Positions 29,247-39,781 of a stretch of DNA of 64,000 nt are shown piece after piece. The DNA is from an uncultured Verrucomicrobiae bacterium. GTDB lineage: Bacteria; Verrucomicrobiota; Verrucomicrobiia; Chthoniobacterales; UBA10450. Below the pieces are notes generated by a model. That model was not told the origin of the DNA, made no database searches, and was given only the letters and a program-made list of their open reading frames with translations. The DNA lies in contig CAWGFS010000017.1 in NCBI GenBank assembly GCA_963821915.1, forward strand, positions 8,178 to 72,177, read 5' to 3'. Position numbers and translations under genes: made by a program. Positions within the stretch are counted from its first letter, which is position 1; each line of letters begins with the position of its first letter.

Positions 29247-29718
29247 ATGAAAATAAATCGTTTTCTTCTTGTTGCTGCGGCGCTCTGGTTCGCAGCGACC
29301 GCCGCGACTTTCGCTGCCAATCCTCATTTGGGTACCTGGAAGCTTAACGAGAGTAAATCGACAGTTCGCGCCCAATGGTACCAAGAATCACACCGTCACC
29401 TACGCCGAGGTCGAGGGTGGTATGATAATGCTAACGGTGGATGGGACGGATAAGGATGGAAAGCCAATCCATTGGACTTGGACGGGGAAATTCGATGGCA
29501 AGCCGTACAAGGTGGAAGGAAGCTCGGTGGTCGATTCAATCGCCACCGAACCGGTGAACAAGCGCACCAACAGCACAACCGGGATGAAGGACGGCAAGGT
29601 GGTATTCACCGGCACGATCAAGGTCGCCAAAGACGGGAAATCGCGTGTCGTCAAGACCACCCTGTCGGACGCGAACGGGAGCAAGTACACTGACAAGGCC
29701 TACTACGACAAGCAGTAG
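29247..29718 (+). CDS. Secreted hypothetical protein (one +1 disruption near 29355)
   Basis: Signal peptide MKINRFLLVAAALWFAATAATFA (ORF 29196) continues in ORF 29269 (NGTKNHTVTYAEVEGGMIMLTVDGTDKDGKPIHWTW...). Confidence 0.55.
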
Positions 29719-29849
29719 ATTCCTGGATGGCAATCGCATGGTGTCACCAAGTTTTGACCGGTTCTGGACTCGCCGCTGCGAGTTCCTCCGGAGGAACGCA
29801 CCTCTGCACGTCCGGGTTTACCTTTTAGGCCGCATTAGAATCGTGAATT

Positions 29850-30164
29850 ATGGCCAGACAATTTAAGCCGGTTCGTTTCTTTGTCTTGATGGCCCTGCTG
29901 GCGTTTGTCGTATGTGGCGTGACCGCCTTTTACACTCATCGGGCAGCTCATGGCCGGACGAGCGAGGAACGGGCCGCCTACGCCATCGGTGAGAAGGCGG
30001 GAGAGGAAGCACCGATGGGCGCGACGCTGCCGAACGCCGCCGAGCTCAACATGATGGCGCAGCAGTCTTTCAAGCGGCAGGGCTCGGGGGAGCAGCAGAG
30101 CTGGGATCTGGCGTTTGAAAATGGTTATGCGGATGGATTCAAGAAGACGCATCCCGCGCCGTGA
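29850..30164 (+). CDS. Hypothetical membrane-anchored protein
   Basis: One N-terminal TM helix. The stop overlaps the start of the next ORF. Confidence 0.45.
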   Translation: MARQFKPVRFFVLMALLAFVVCGVTAFYTHRAAHGRTSEERAAYAIGEKAGEEAPMGATLPNAAELNMMAQQSFKRQGSGEQQSWDLAFENGYADGFKKTHPAP

Positions 30165-30517
30165 ACCCGCCGCCGTTGCCAGTTCAGAAGCGGTTTGCCT
30201 GGATTCCTTATTGGATCGTGTTGGCGCTTATTGTTCTCGTCGCGCTCGCGCCGATCGGGTCGGTGATAACGTGCGGCTGGATCGCCAACGCGCACGGTTG
30301 CAAGGTGGATGAGGGCTCGGTCCATCCTTGCATGATCAACGGGAAAGACTACGGGCAGCTGCTTTATACTCTCGGCGTCCTCGGCTGGCTGATGCTTGTC
30401 ACTCTCCCCGTTGGGGCGCTTGCTTTCGCGATTTGGTTGATCGTTCTCATTCTTCATCGCGCAAGCTGGCGGAGGCGCGCTGGACCAGGTATCGCAAATC
30501 CCGGCGGCCTTGCGTAA
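30161..30517 (+). CDS. Hypothetical integral membrane protein
   Basis: Three predicted TM helices, translationally coupled to 29850-30164. Confidence 0.5.
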   Translation: MNPPPLPVQKRFAWIPYWIVLALIVLVALAPIGSVITCGWIANAHGCKVDEGSVHPCMINGKDYGQLLYTLGVLGWLMLVTLPVGALAFAIWLIVLILHRASWRRRAGPGIANPGGLA

Positions 30518-30616
30518 AGGATCTCGTCAGTAGAATCGAGTGAGCCGCTTAGAACCGTGAGATTATTGGAAGCGCGGACAGAAGCGGAATAAGATGGGGA
30601 TTCCCGGTTAACGAGC

Positions 30617-31410
30617 ATGACAGAATGGAATGCTGCTGATTACTCCCGCCATTCGTCGCTTCAGGAAGCGATGGCCCAGGAGGTCCTCGCACTCCTCGAT
30701 CTAAAGGGCTCGAAGCGTATCCTTGATGTCGGATGCGGCGATGGAAAAATCACTGCGGAAATCGCCGCTCGCTCTCCGCAAGGTTCGGTCGTCGGGGTCG
30801 ATCCATCACGAGACATGATTGCTTTCGCTCAGAGCACTTCGGTCCGGCGACGCGACCGAACCTTCGATTTGAGGTCGCAGACGCTCGTTCCCTGCCCTTC
30901 AAACACGAGTTTGATCTCGTCGTTTCTTTTAACGCGCTGCACTGGATTCCAGAACAGGATGCGGCCCTTGCTTCGATTCACTCCGCCTTGATTTCCGATG
31001 GCAGAGCACAGCTGCGTTTGGTCGTGGCCGGTGCGCGCAAGAGCTTGGAGTATGTCGTCGAAGAGACACGTCAAACATCGAAATGGAGTGCTTACTTCCA
31101 CGATTTTCACGATCCCTATTTGCGCCTGACATCAGATGAATACGCAGCCATGGCAAAGCGCAATGGCTTCCGAGTGCTGGATGTAGAGACAAGGGATCAT
31201 GCCTGGGATTTTGGGTCGCGCGCGGCTTTCGCAGCTTTCTCCGCAGTCGGCTGCGTCGAATGGACGCGCCGTTTGCCCGAAGCCAAACGGCCGGAGTTCA
31301 TCAATGATGTCCTGAACCGCTACCGAGCCGTAGCCGCCGATGGCTGCGGGGAAGAAAACACCTTCAAGTTTTATCAGATGGATATCAGCCTGCTCGCAAC
31401 TGCTATTTGA
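30617..31410 (+). CDS. Class I SAM-dependent methyltransferase (trans-aconitate methyltransferase-like), one +1 disruption near 30845
   Basis: ILDVGCGDGKIT motif I in ORF 30617. The protein continues in ORF 30733 (FDLVVSFNALHWIPEQ...). Confidence 0.8.
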
Positions 31411-31513
31411 GACTTGGGCACGCTCAGCGGGCGCGCCAGATCAGCAACAAAAGGCGAATTCCGAAGCACAGGTGCCGCACCTTTTCGCCGCGGGCAGCGC
31501 GTCAATCAGCTCA

Positions 31514-31969
31514 CTATCCGATACTGGTTTGAGTAGTTTCCGGCGCCGGCGCTGCGAGGAATTCGCGCAACTGCTCCATCGCTGGGAAATAACGCGCGGC
31601 CAAAGCGTCGGTGACTTCTACAAGGACGACGCCGTCGTAGTTGTGGGCGAGGAGATTGCGGTGGTCGAGCATGTCGATCCAAACCTGACCATCGGCCAGG
31701 ATGCCGGCCGCGGCCCCTTGCCTGATTACTTCGCGCGGCGTTACCGGCGCGATACGCAGTCCTGAGTGTTCGAGGAATTCTTTGGCGGCTTTCCAGGCCA
31801 GATCAAGGCAGTATTCGAAACGGCGGATGGCGCCCTCCCTTTCGAGCGAGTTGAGGGCTTCCGGTCCCCGTGCCAAGGCGTGGCGGAGCAGCACAAGACC
31901 GCTCTCAAAACTCTGAAACCGTTCCTTCCTGCGGGTGTCCGCGTGCATCGGCGCGTCCTTCTGAAGCAA
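31514..31969 (-). CDS. HI0074-family nucleotidyltransferase substrate-binding (HEPN-like) protein
   Basis: GAIRRFEYCLDLAWKAAKEFL and MLDHRNLLAHNYD (R-x4-H HEPN motif). Confidence 0.8.
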   Translation of the reverse strand: MLQKDAPMHADTRRKERFQSFESGLVLLRHALARGPEALNSLEREGAIRRFEYCLDLAWKAAKEFLEHSGLRIAPVTPREVIRQGAAAGILADGQVWIDMLDHRNLLAHNYDGVVLVEVTDALAARYFPAMEQLREFLAAPAPETTQTSIG

Positions 31970-32104
31970 GAAGAATGCGCCGAGATTGGAAATTCAATGC
32001 TCTCCAGCATCGTGGGTCTCGCCGCGGCAAAAATGCGCGAGGATAAATTCCCCGTCTTTGACAGGTGATCCCGTTGTCGGGCGTTCTCCAATCGCCGCCG
32101 GCGC

Positions 32105-32452
32105 TTGAAAGCGGTTTGCGAGCCGCGAAAGTGCGCGGTGAAAAAGAAAAAGGTAGCGGCAAGGAAGAAGACCCCTGCGGATGTGGTTTCTCCTTTTCGG
32201 AATAAGCTGTGGGATCTGTTCAAAGAAACGGCCAGCGGGATGGATGGCGCCGACGTGGTTGTGGCGCTTAAGCAGGCGGGCGAGGAAATCTGGGCAGTCG
32301 GAATCGACGAGACCTACACGCGCATGAGCCCTCTGGCGCAGGACACGGAACCGCTCGGTAATGCTTTCGATATCACGTGGCTGACGGTAGTTTGCATCAA
32401 GCTCAGAGAGATCAAGCAAGGCAAGAAGCCGACGACGCGCATCCACGCGTGA
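32105..32452 (+). CDS. Hypothetical protein with a Lys-rich N-terminus
   Basis: The ORF has protein-like composition (VVALKQAGEEIWAVGIDETYTRMSPL). The start is uncertain and no family was recognised. Confidence 0.35.
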   Translation: MKAVCEPRKCAVKKKKVAARKKTPADVVSPFRNKLWDLFKETASGMDGADVVVALKQAGEEIWAVGIDETYTRMSPLAQDTEPLGNAFDITWLTVVCIKLREIKQGKKPTTRIHA

Positions 32453-32522
32453 TCGCAGATTTTTCGCCGAGTCGGTGCGGCGAGACGCTTCACAGAAGCG
32501 CGAGGCACGTGTGTTCCACTGA

Positions 32523-33107
32523 TCAATGGGAATCCGGATCGGCTGCGGGCGAGGCACTGGTCGGCTTTTGCGGTGCGATGCCATCGGCCTTGGCATGGGG
32601 AACGGTCGGTTCGCCCACAGCTCCAGTGCCTTGGGGGGGCGTTGATTGTTCCTGCAGACGTTGCGCCTGCGACGTTGTACCTGTTGTCTCTTTGCCCCCT
32701 GATTTTGCTGATTGTTCGCGCGCCTTTTGAGCCGCAATTTCCTCTTCGCTGAATCCCATTCGGCTCATCAGATCAGAATTCGCGCGAGGTATTTGCTTCC
32801 TTGTCTCGACGCGCGCTTCAGCTGCTACCTGGCGTTGGGCTTGCGCCCGGGCCCGGTCGGCCGCTTTGGCTTGGGCCTGAGCGGCGGCAGCAGAACTGCG
32901 ATTGGCCTGGGCCTGCGCTTTCGCCTGGGCAGCTCCCGCTCGCGCGTCTGACTCGTGCCTTCGCTCAATGTAGTTCAACCGCCGCACTGGCCCGGAACGC
33001 GGAGCGTTGTGACGGAAGATCGGAGTGGGGCTTGGGCTGGGTTCCTCAGCTGCCAGCAGGCCAGGGCTGAAGCAGGCGAGCGAGATGACAATGACTGTAA
33101 TTTTCAT
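32523..33107 (-). CDS. Secreted Ala/Gln-rich low-complexity (coiled-coil-like) protein
   Basis: Signal peptide MKITVIVISLACFSPGLLAA at the internal ATG, then AQAKAQAQ-type repeats. Confidence 0.55.
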   Translation of the reverse strand: MKITVIVISLACFSPGLLAAEEPSPSPTPIFRHNAPRSGPVRRLNYIERRHESDARAGAAQAKAQAQANRSSAAAAQAQAKAADRARAQAQRQVAAEARVETRKQIPRANSDLMSRMGFSEEEIAAQKAREQSAKSGGKETTGTTSQAQRLQEQSTPPQGTGAVGEPTVPHAKADGIAPQKPTSASPAADPDSH

Positions 33108-33364
33108 GCTTTGTCTTGTTGGTAAGTTATGGACATTCGAATCGATCCTTCGGATCTTATCAGTCGCCGAGTAGTCCCAACCTTCGGCAAACCGTTTTAG
33201 CAGCATCGCACGTGCCGTAGCCGCTGCAGCGATGGACCTACCCACGAGTTCACGACTTTGGAGGGTTGCCCAGGTCGCGACCTTATCGTATCCGGGGCGT
33301 CGCGCCACGGCATAGAGCGCGGAGACCCGCGCAGATCACGAAGCGATCGATTCTAAGCTGATTA

Positions 33365-34312
33365 TTAAACGAAGCCCAGCGACTGCAGTGTTTCCGGATC
33401 TATGAGGCCCGTAACGGGGAGCCCATTGTCCTGCTGGTAACTTTCCAGCGCGGCACGCATTGTCGGACCGAGAACGCCATCAATCTCATCGAGATAATAT
33501 CCGAGGTCTTGCAATGCGCCCTGCACATTCGCGACCACCTGATCTGGCGGCAGGTCCTGGTAACCATAAACAGGATCGTCAAAAGCATAGGTCGAGTAGA
33601 GCGGATTATAGCCCAAGGCGGGATACCACCAGCCGGCATCCCAACCCCAATAACCCCAGCCAACCAGAACGATTACGTTGCAGTGATGCCGCCACCAATC
33701 ACGGTTGTGATGGTGCTGCTGGTGATCGTTGTGTTTCGTACAGGCCGCGACAACAGAGTCCCCTTTCCCGCGCCAATCACGCAATCGTGCGGCGCTCTGC
33801 CGGTCGAGGCTGCTCCGCCCGCTCCGGTTGCTGTGCGACCAACTGCCGGAACGCTCACCCCTTTTCTGGACCTCGGTTGCGGCTGGTCGGTCAAGGGTTA
33901 CGTCTTGCGACCCAGATTCCCGTTCGTCCACAGATGCAGGTGGCTGATCGCGCGCAACGTCTCGCGGCATTAATTTCGCTTCGGTCGTAGAGGCGGACGG
34001 TTGATGCTCGGTTACCGGCTTGCCCGGGAAAGTGCGTGGACCTGGGTTTGCCTGCCCGGCCGGATGAGGTAGAGCAGATTTGGATGGGTAGCGAGGGGGA
34101 GCTGCCTTATAGAAAGTCGCCTTGCCTCGGGCCGAGGGTGCCGCGGGCGCTGCTGCCGGCGCGGCAGAACTTGGGCGCGGGGCAGAATCCGCGCGGGGAG
34201 CGGGCCGAGAGTGGGATGCGCCGTTATTATCCTCCGCAAGGGCAACCGCGCCACTTAGGGCAACACAGAAAGTCGCAATGACAATGACTCCTCTGTTGAT
34301 CGATGTTCTCAT
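33365..34312 (-). CDS. Secreted protein with Pro/Ala-rich linker, His/Trp/Tyr-rich segment and C-terminal peptidoglycan-binding domain (PG_binding_1)
   Basis: C-terminus VQGALQDLGYYLDEIDGVLGPTMRAALESYQQDNGLPVTGLIDPETL. The signal peptide is at the internal ATG (MRTSINRGVIVIATFCVALSGAVALA). Confidence 0.7.
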   Translation of the reverse strand: MRTSINRGVIVIATFCVALSGAVALAEDNNGASHSRPAPRADSAPRPSSAAPAAAPAAPSARGKATFYKAAPPRYPSKSALPHPAGQANPGPRTFPGKPVTEHQPSASTTEAKLMPRDVARDQPPASVDERESGSQDVTLDRPAATEVQKRGERSGSWSHSNRSGRSSLDRQSAARLRDWRGKGDSVVAACTKHNDHQQHHHNRDWWRHHCNVIVLVGWGYWGWDAGWWYPALGYNPLYSTYAFDDPVYGYQDLPPDQVVANVQGALQDLGYYLDEIDGVLGPTMRAALESYQQDNGLPVTGLIDPETLQSLGFV

Positions 34313-34778
34313 GTTAATCTCCTTCCGCATTCCATTTCGCAGCATTAATCTACCCTGATAATGATACGGTAAAGCGAATGCGCGAAAGCTTTTCATATGC
34401 TAAAGGTCGGACTCTAAACGATTGGCTGGCAACGTGCTTTCCGTAACGGCTTCGTTACGCAACCAGCCGCTACTTCCTCGTCGACTTGCAGTCAATCTTG
34501 CCCGAACACACTCAACCCGCGGTAAAATCGAGCCGATCGCAATCGACAAGTTCAACGAAACACATGAGCGCACGCTCAGAAGCGATATGAAATACCGTTT
34601 CGTGATCGACACGACGTCCCTGCAATAGCAGGTTGTGCCATGTCTCTCGCTTGCCAGGCTCAGAACCATGCCGGGGAGTTGCCGCACCGAGCAACGCCCG
34701 GTAGGCATGGCAAAGCCACGCTCAGAATCGTACTGAAGCGATTAAATTTTTTCGCCTAACGGACCTGAATTAGCCGAA

Positions 34779-35288
34779 ATGAATTGGGACGCAATCAGCG
34801 CGGTTTCGCAATTCGTTAGCTCAATCGCTGTCGTCTTGTCGGTGCTTTACCTCGCCAAAGAAGTGCACCGCAGCACGCGCGTCGCCAAGGTAGCGGCCCA
34901 GGATGCTGCGGCGGCGGCGGTCCGGGAGGTGACAAACACGTTCATGGAAAATGCGGATATGTCGCGCATTTGGGGAGCGGGTTTGGAGGACCTCAAAGCG
35001 CTCTCCCCGGAGGATCAGGCCCGTTTCTTTCACGCCACCCATCAATTTCTCAAGGCGCTCGAGACGATTCACTTTCATCAGCTCAATGGGCTGATGGATG
35101 AACAGCTCTGGCGTGGCTGGCAGGAACTTCTCCGGCATTATATCGCCGCGCCAGGTATTGCTCGCTACTGGGAGGTTCGGAGTCAGCTTTTCTCGGCGCG
35201 CTTTCGCGAATTCGTCAGTCATCTCGAACCGGCACGCGATCGTCGAACTGTCGGCACCCTGTTGGGACAGGAGGACCATCCGGAGTAA
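34779..35288 (+). CDS. Hypothetical membrane-anchored protein
   Basis: Single N-terminal TM helix followed by a helical domain. Intact ORF. Confidence 0.5.
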   Translation: MNWDAISAVSQFVSSIAVVLSVLYLAKEVHRSTRVAKVAAQDAAAAAVREVTNTFMENADMSRIWGAGLEDLKALSPEDQARFFHATHQFLKALETIHFHQLNGLMDEQLWRGWQELLRHYIAAPGIARYWEVRSQLFSARFREFVSHLEPARDRRTVGTLLGQEDHPE

Positions 35289-35412
35289 AGACGAGAACCG
35301 CGCAGCCCAATGGCAGTCGGCACATTTGAGAGCACCGCGCTGTCGACTTGAATGAGTTTCAGCTTGACAAAAACAAGTTGCGTCGGGCCGCTACAATGCT
35401 GAGTTAGCCGTC

Positions 35413-36603
35413 ATGAATAAGGCCGCAACGCGCGAACTCCGTCTCGCGAAACGCATGGCGCGTCTCGGCACCGAGACCGCCTTCGAAGTGCTGGTGAAAG
35501 CGCGCGCGCTGGAGGCCAAGGGCCGCGACATCGTCCATCTCGAGATCGGGGAGCCCGATTTCGATACCCCGGGCAACATCATCGAGGCGGCTTGCGATGC
35601 CTTGCACAAGGGATTCACGCACTACGGACCTTCCGCGGGGATGCCACCGCTGCGCGAGACCATCGCTCAGTATGTAAGTGAGACGCGCCGCATAACAGCA
35701 ACCCCCGAAGAAGTGGTCGTTGTCCCGGGCGGCAAGCCCATCATCTTCTTCACCATCCTCGCGCTGGTGGAAGAAGGGGACGAGGTCATCTACCCCAATC
35801 CCGGATTTCCCATTTACGAGTCAATGATCGACTTCCTCGGCGCAAAAGCGGTGCCGATCCAGTTGCGCGAGGAGATGGATTTCCGTCTCGACGTCGGCGA
35901 ACTCCCCGGGTTGATTACCGACCGCACGAAGCTCATCATCCTGAACTCGCCGCAGAACCCGACCGGTGGCGTGCTGGAGAAGAAGGACTTGGAGGGCATC
36001 GCGCGCGCGATCGGCGACCGCAATATCATGGTGCTGACCGACGAGATCTACAGCCGCCTCATTTTCGAGGGTGAGCACCATTCCATCATGTCGTTCGACG
36101 GCATGCAGGAGCGTTGCATCCTGCTCGATGGCTTCTCCAAGACCTACGCCATGACCGGCTGGCGGATGGGTTACGGCGTTATGCGCGCCGACCTCGCGAC
36201 GCACGTCGCCCGCCTCATGACTAACTCTAACTCGTGCACCGCCAGCTTCACGCAGGTCGCCGGCATCGAAGCGTTGCGCGGACCGCAGGGCTCGGTCGAG
36301 GCGATGTGCGCCGAGTTCAAGAAACGACGCGACGTGATGGTCGCCGGGCTTAACGGGATCAAAGGTTTCTCCTGCCGCTTGCCCAAGGGCGCGTTCTACG
36401 TTTTTCCGAACGTCAAGGAGACCGGGTGGCCATCGAAGAAACTGGCCGACGCGTTGCTTGATGATGCCGGCGTCGCCGCGCTCTCTGGGACCGCTTTCGG
36501 CGATTTCGGCGAGGGCTATTTGCGCTTCAGCGTGGCCAACTCGATCGAGAACATCGAGAAGGCGCTCGATCGCGTCGGCGCCTGGACGACGAAGAATTTG
36601 TAG
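35413..36603 (+). CDS. Pyridoxal-phosphate-dependent aminotransferase class I/II (aspartate aminotransferase-like)
   Basis: 396 aa with the SFSKTYAMTGWRMGY PLP-lysine motif and NPQNPTGG. Confidence 0.9.
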   Translation: MNKAATRELRLAKRMARLGTETAFEVLVKARALEAKGRDIVHLEIGEPDFDTPGNIIEAACDALHKGFTHYGPSAGMPPLRETIAQYVSETRRITATPEEVVVVPGGKPIIFFTILALVEEGDEVIYPNPGFPIYESMIDFLGAKAVPIQLREEMDFRLDVGELPGLITDRTKLIILNSPQNPTGGVLEKKDLEGIARAIGDRNIMVLTDEIYSRLIFEGEHHSIMSFDGMQERCILLDGFSKTYAMTGWRMGYGVMRADLATHVARLMTNSNSCTASFTQVAGIEALRGPQGSVEAMCAEFKKRRDVMVAGLNGIKGFSCRLPKGAFYVFPNVKETGWPSKKLADALLDDAGVAALSGTAFGDFGEGYLRFSVANSIENIEKALDRVGAWTTKNL

Positions 36604-36749
36604 GGCGGTTTTTGCCATTGCGCTCCATGCTTGTCATTCTGAATCCGGCGAAGAGCGGAAGCTGGTCCCTCCGGAGATTTACCCCGGCGAGTTAAGGATT
36701 GGAAATCTAGATGACCAGAACCGAAAGTTAATAACCGTCTTTTCCCATT

Positions 36750-37872
36750 ATGACTGAGAAGAAGAAGTTTCGCGTCTTTGCCACTTCGCGGATCGGCGAT
36801 CCGGCCGAGAACCGTCTGCGCGAGCGCGGCTACGAACTCGAGGTCTTCCAGGGACCCGAGGCACCGCCGAAGAAACTGATTATCGAGAAAGTGAAAAGCG
36901 GGATCGACGCTCTTCATCACCACGCTACGCGATCCGATCGACGCCGAGATCTTCGAAGCCGGGAAAGGCTCGCTCAAGGTCGTGGCGCAGATCGCGGTCG
37001 GTTTCGACAACATCAACCGGGCCGACGCCAACAAATACAAGATTCCTTTCACCAACACCGCCGACGTGCTCACCGAGGCGACCGCCGAGTTCGCTTTTCT
37101 CATGCTCGGCATGCTGGCGCGCAAGATGTATGCAAGTGAGCGTCTGGTGCGCGAACAGAAGTGGCCGTCGTGGCACCCATTCCTGCCCTTTCTTGGCGAC
37201 GAGGTCACGGGCAAGACCATCGCCGTCATCGGCACCGGACGCATCGGCCTGGCGATGATCAAGAAGTGCTCGGGTTTCGACATGAACATGCTCTGCTACG
37301 ACCCGGCGTATCACAATGACAGCTACATCGCCGCCATCCAGGAGCTGATGGACCTGCGTCACGCCCTCGGGATCCAGAAGGAGAAGACCTGGATCAAGTA
37401 CGTGGAGCTCGAAGAGGCGCTGCGCGGCGCCGACTACGTGAGCATCCATGTGCCGCTGTTGCGCGAGGGCGAAACCGACAGGCCGACCTACCACCTGATC
37501 AATGAAACGACGCTCAGGCTGATGAAGCCGACGGCTTACCTGGTGAACAGCTCACGCGGCCCGGTCGTAGACGAGACGGCTCTTGCTCAGGCGCTAAAAG
37601 ATAAGGTTATCGCCGGAGCCGCGCTCGACGTCTTTGAGAAGGAGCCTTTGCCGGCGGATTCGCCGCTTCTCGATCCCGAGATTGCCGACCGCACTCGGCT
37701 GTTCCATCACTTCGCCAGTGGCGCGCAGATCACGCGCCTCTCGGTCGATCCCGACAAAGGCATGGCTGGGCGCACGGCCCAGGCAGTGATCGACGTCTTA
37801 GAGGGCAACTACGGCGGCGACCCGACCAAGATGCCATACGTGGTGAATAAGGAAGCATTTGAAAAAAACTAG
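36750..37872 (+). CDS. D-isomer-specific 2-hydroxyacid dehydrogenase (glyoxylate/hydroxypyruvate reductase-like), one +1 disruption near 36913
   Basis: ORF 36750 N-terminus joins ORF 36982 (VGFDNI, GTGRIGLAMIKK, VNSSRGPVVDE). Removing one base in GCTCTTCATC restores ALITTLRDPIDAEI. Confidence 0.85.
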
Positions 37873-37996
37873 CTGGAAGCTAACGAAATGCTGACAACCT
37901 GGAGTTAGTCGGATCGCTCATTCAATCTCGCGCCCTCCAGTCTGATTCATCCAACTTCCACGGACGCGGCTCGCGCCTGGCCTAACTCTCGACTGA

Positions 37997-39667
37997 TTAC
38001 TTCGATGTAGTGGTGCCAGCCCCTTGCGTCCGTGGCAGGACTCGGATGATCGCCATCATCCCGCCATCTTCGTGATCGAGGATATGGCAGTGATAGACGA
38101 AGTCGCCGATGTCGGGCCCGCGGAAATCCATTCGCACCTTTATGCTCGGATAGGGACCAGTGCCTGACCAATAGGGGAGATCTACGGTATCGAGGATCTG
38201 CGCTTGTTTGGGACCAACAGGCTTCCCATTTCGCTCCATGAGGAGGAAATGGATTTGATGAATGTGAAACTCGTGGTTCTCATTCGAGCGATTCTCGATC
38301 ACCCAGTCTTCCGTCGAACCCTGGGTAGTGGTGATGGCGGGCGGGGCGTCCATGCTGTAAGGCCGGGGCGTCTGGCCGTCGACCGTAATGTAGAAGTACT
38401 GGTCGTCCTCAGAGAAGTAGAGCTTGCGATTGGCTGTCGGGATCGCCTTATCCAAATCGTGGAAGCGTTGTGGAGGTGGCGGACCGGAGCTGGCCGGGAT
38501 AGTCGTGACGTTGCGTAAGGAGGAGCCGCTTTCGGTTTGCACGATGTTGAAGAGCGGGCGAGCGGGGTCGGGATCGCCACCGGGGCCGGTATCGACTTTG
38601 GCGGTGGCGAAACCGGCGACCTTCACGCCCGAGTCGGGACCGTTAACAACGATCTCGGCCCGACCAGCTGGCGGTATGAGGAGATGCGGCGGAGTGAGAG
38701 TTCTGGGTTCGCCCGAGCCGTTTTGCGAGCCGAGAGGGACGCCATCGAGCGCAACAATCTTCAGGGGTTGATCAACACCGTCATAGGTCAGGTGCAAATC
38801 CAGAATCGAGACAGCGGCGGAGTTAACGATGCGCCAAAATTGCTTCTCGCCCGGCTTCATCTCGAAGAGGGCAGGGATGAAGGCCGGGCCACCGGTTGGA
38901 ATGTAATTCACCGAGAGATCGGCAGCGGCGTCGTCATCGGAGGGCTTGGAGCCTCGAGGCTGATGGAGCGGACGTGGCGGAGGATTCACAGGCTGGTTGT
39001 CCCGCACGACGATGACGCGTTGCGGCAGTCCGGCAACGATCGGATTGACGTTCTCGATACCATCGACAATGAGCACGCCCGTGGCGCCGCCCTGGACGGC
39101 AGCGGTCGAGATGCCATGAATATGCGGATGATACCAGTAAAGGCCGGGTGGCTCGTTCTTCGGGAAATGGACTTCGTAGCGAAAGCTTTGATCAGAGTTA
39201 ATGATGGTCCGAATCACTTCATCCTGATGGCAAACCGGCGGAGTGTTAGTGCCGTGATAGTGCAGGTTAACAGAGGCATCTGTCATATTCATGGCGCCGC
39301 AGCCCCCCTCGCCGGCGCGGGACATATCCATCCCGGGCATCTCAGGCATTTTGCCCGTTCCTTCGGGAACAAGATTGGTGAGAGTAAGAACGAGAGTGTC
39401 GCCTGGACGAACATGCAGGGTCGGTGATTGCGCGCCGTCGGAATTGACGAAGCAATACAAGGTCTTGCCGAAATCGTCCTGACTGGTCTGATAGGTAAAA
39501 TCGACCTTGAGGACGCCGTCCTTGCTGTAGAGGTTTTCCGGTTCCTGGACAACGCTGCCCTGTGGAAAACGTTCACAGGGGCTTTGGGCGAGCGCGCCGA
39601 CTGGTAGGAGGGCCAGCAGGACTAAACCCTGAAGAGCCAGTTTCACTGTAGTGGTTGTTGTCATCAT
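37997..39667 (-). CDS. Multicopper oxidase, secreted
   Basis: HYHG, WYHPH and C-terminal HCHILDHEDGGMM copper-binding motifs, with a signal peptide. Confidence 0.9.
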   Translation of the reverse strand: MMTTTTTVKLALQGLVLLALLPVGALAQSPCERFPQGSVVQEPENLYSKDGVLKVDFTYQTSQDDFGKTLYCFVNSDGAQSPTLHVRPGDTLVLTLTNLVPEGTGKMPEMPGMDMSRAGEGGCGAMNMTDASVNLHYHGTNTPPVCHQDEVIRTIINSDQSFRYEVHFPKNEPPGLYWYHPHIHGISTAAVQGGATGVLIVDGIENVNPIVAGLPQRVIVVRDNQPVNPPPRPLHQPRGSKPSDDDAAADLSVNYIPTGGPAFIPALFEMKPGEKQFWRIVNSAAVSILDLHLTYDGVDQPLKIVALDGVPLGSQNGSGEPRTLTPPHLLIPPAGRAEIVVNGPDSGVKVAGFATAKVDTGPGGDPDPARPLFNIVQTESGSSLRNVTTIPASSGPPPPQRFHDLDKAIPTANRKLYFSEDDQYFYITVDGQTPRPYSMDAPPAITTTQGSTEDWVIENRSNENHEFHIHQIHFLLMERNGKPVGPKQAQILDTVDLPYWSGTGPYPSIKVRMDFRGPDIGDFVYHCHILDHEDGGMMAIIRVLPRTQGAGTTTSK

Positions 39668-39684
39668 TTTCTCAATTGTTGTTT

Positions 39685-39730
39685 TCGAAAAACGCGTCGA
39701 CTCCGGCCAGCGAGTGACCGCTGGCCGGAG
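39685..39730 (-). terminator. Candidate terminator hairpin after the Kelch-like gene
   Basis: Perfect 12-bp stem CTCCGGCCAGCG/CGCTGGCCGGAG (39701-39730). On the minus strand a T5 run follows 9 nt later. Confidence 0.45.
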
Positions 39731-39781
39731 TGAAGGCTAGTAAGTTACGCAGACGATTCGCGATCGCGATAAACCGGGTGG

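Noticed and set aside
31970-32300. The expected MNT nucleotidyltransferase partner upstream of the HEPN gene.
   Set aside because: None of the three minus-strand frames contains the G-S-x(9-11)-D-x-D motif. The closest segment (IFAAARPTMLESIEFPI) lacks the catalytic aspartates.
31997-32452. ORFs 31766-32068 and 32105-32452 share one frame and are separated by a single TGA (32066-32068). That TGA is followed by S-R-C, giving a U-x-x-C-like motif that hints at a selenoprotein.
   Set aside because: The only hairpin right after the TGA is a 4-bp stem, which is not SECIS-like. The upstream part would leave only about 28 bp to the divergent HEPN gene start. No selenoprotein family similarity is evident. 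A later start codon is the simpler reading.
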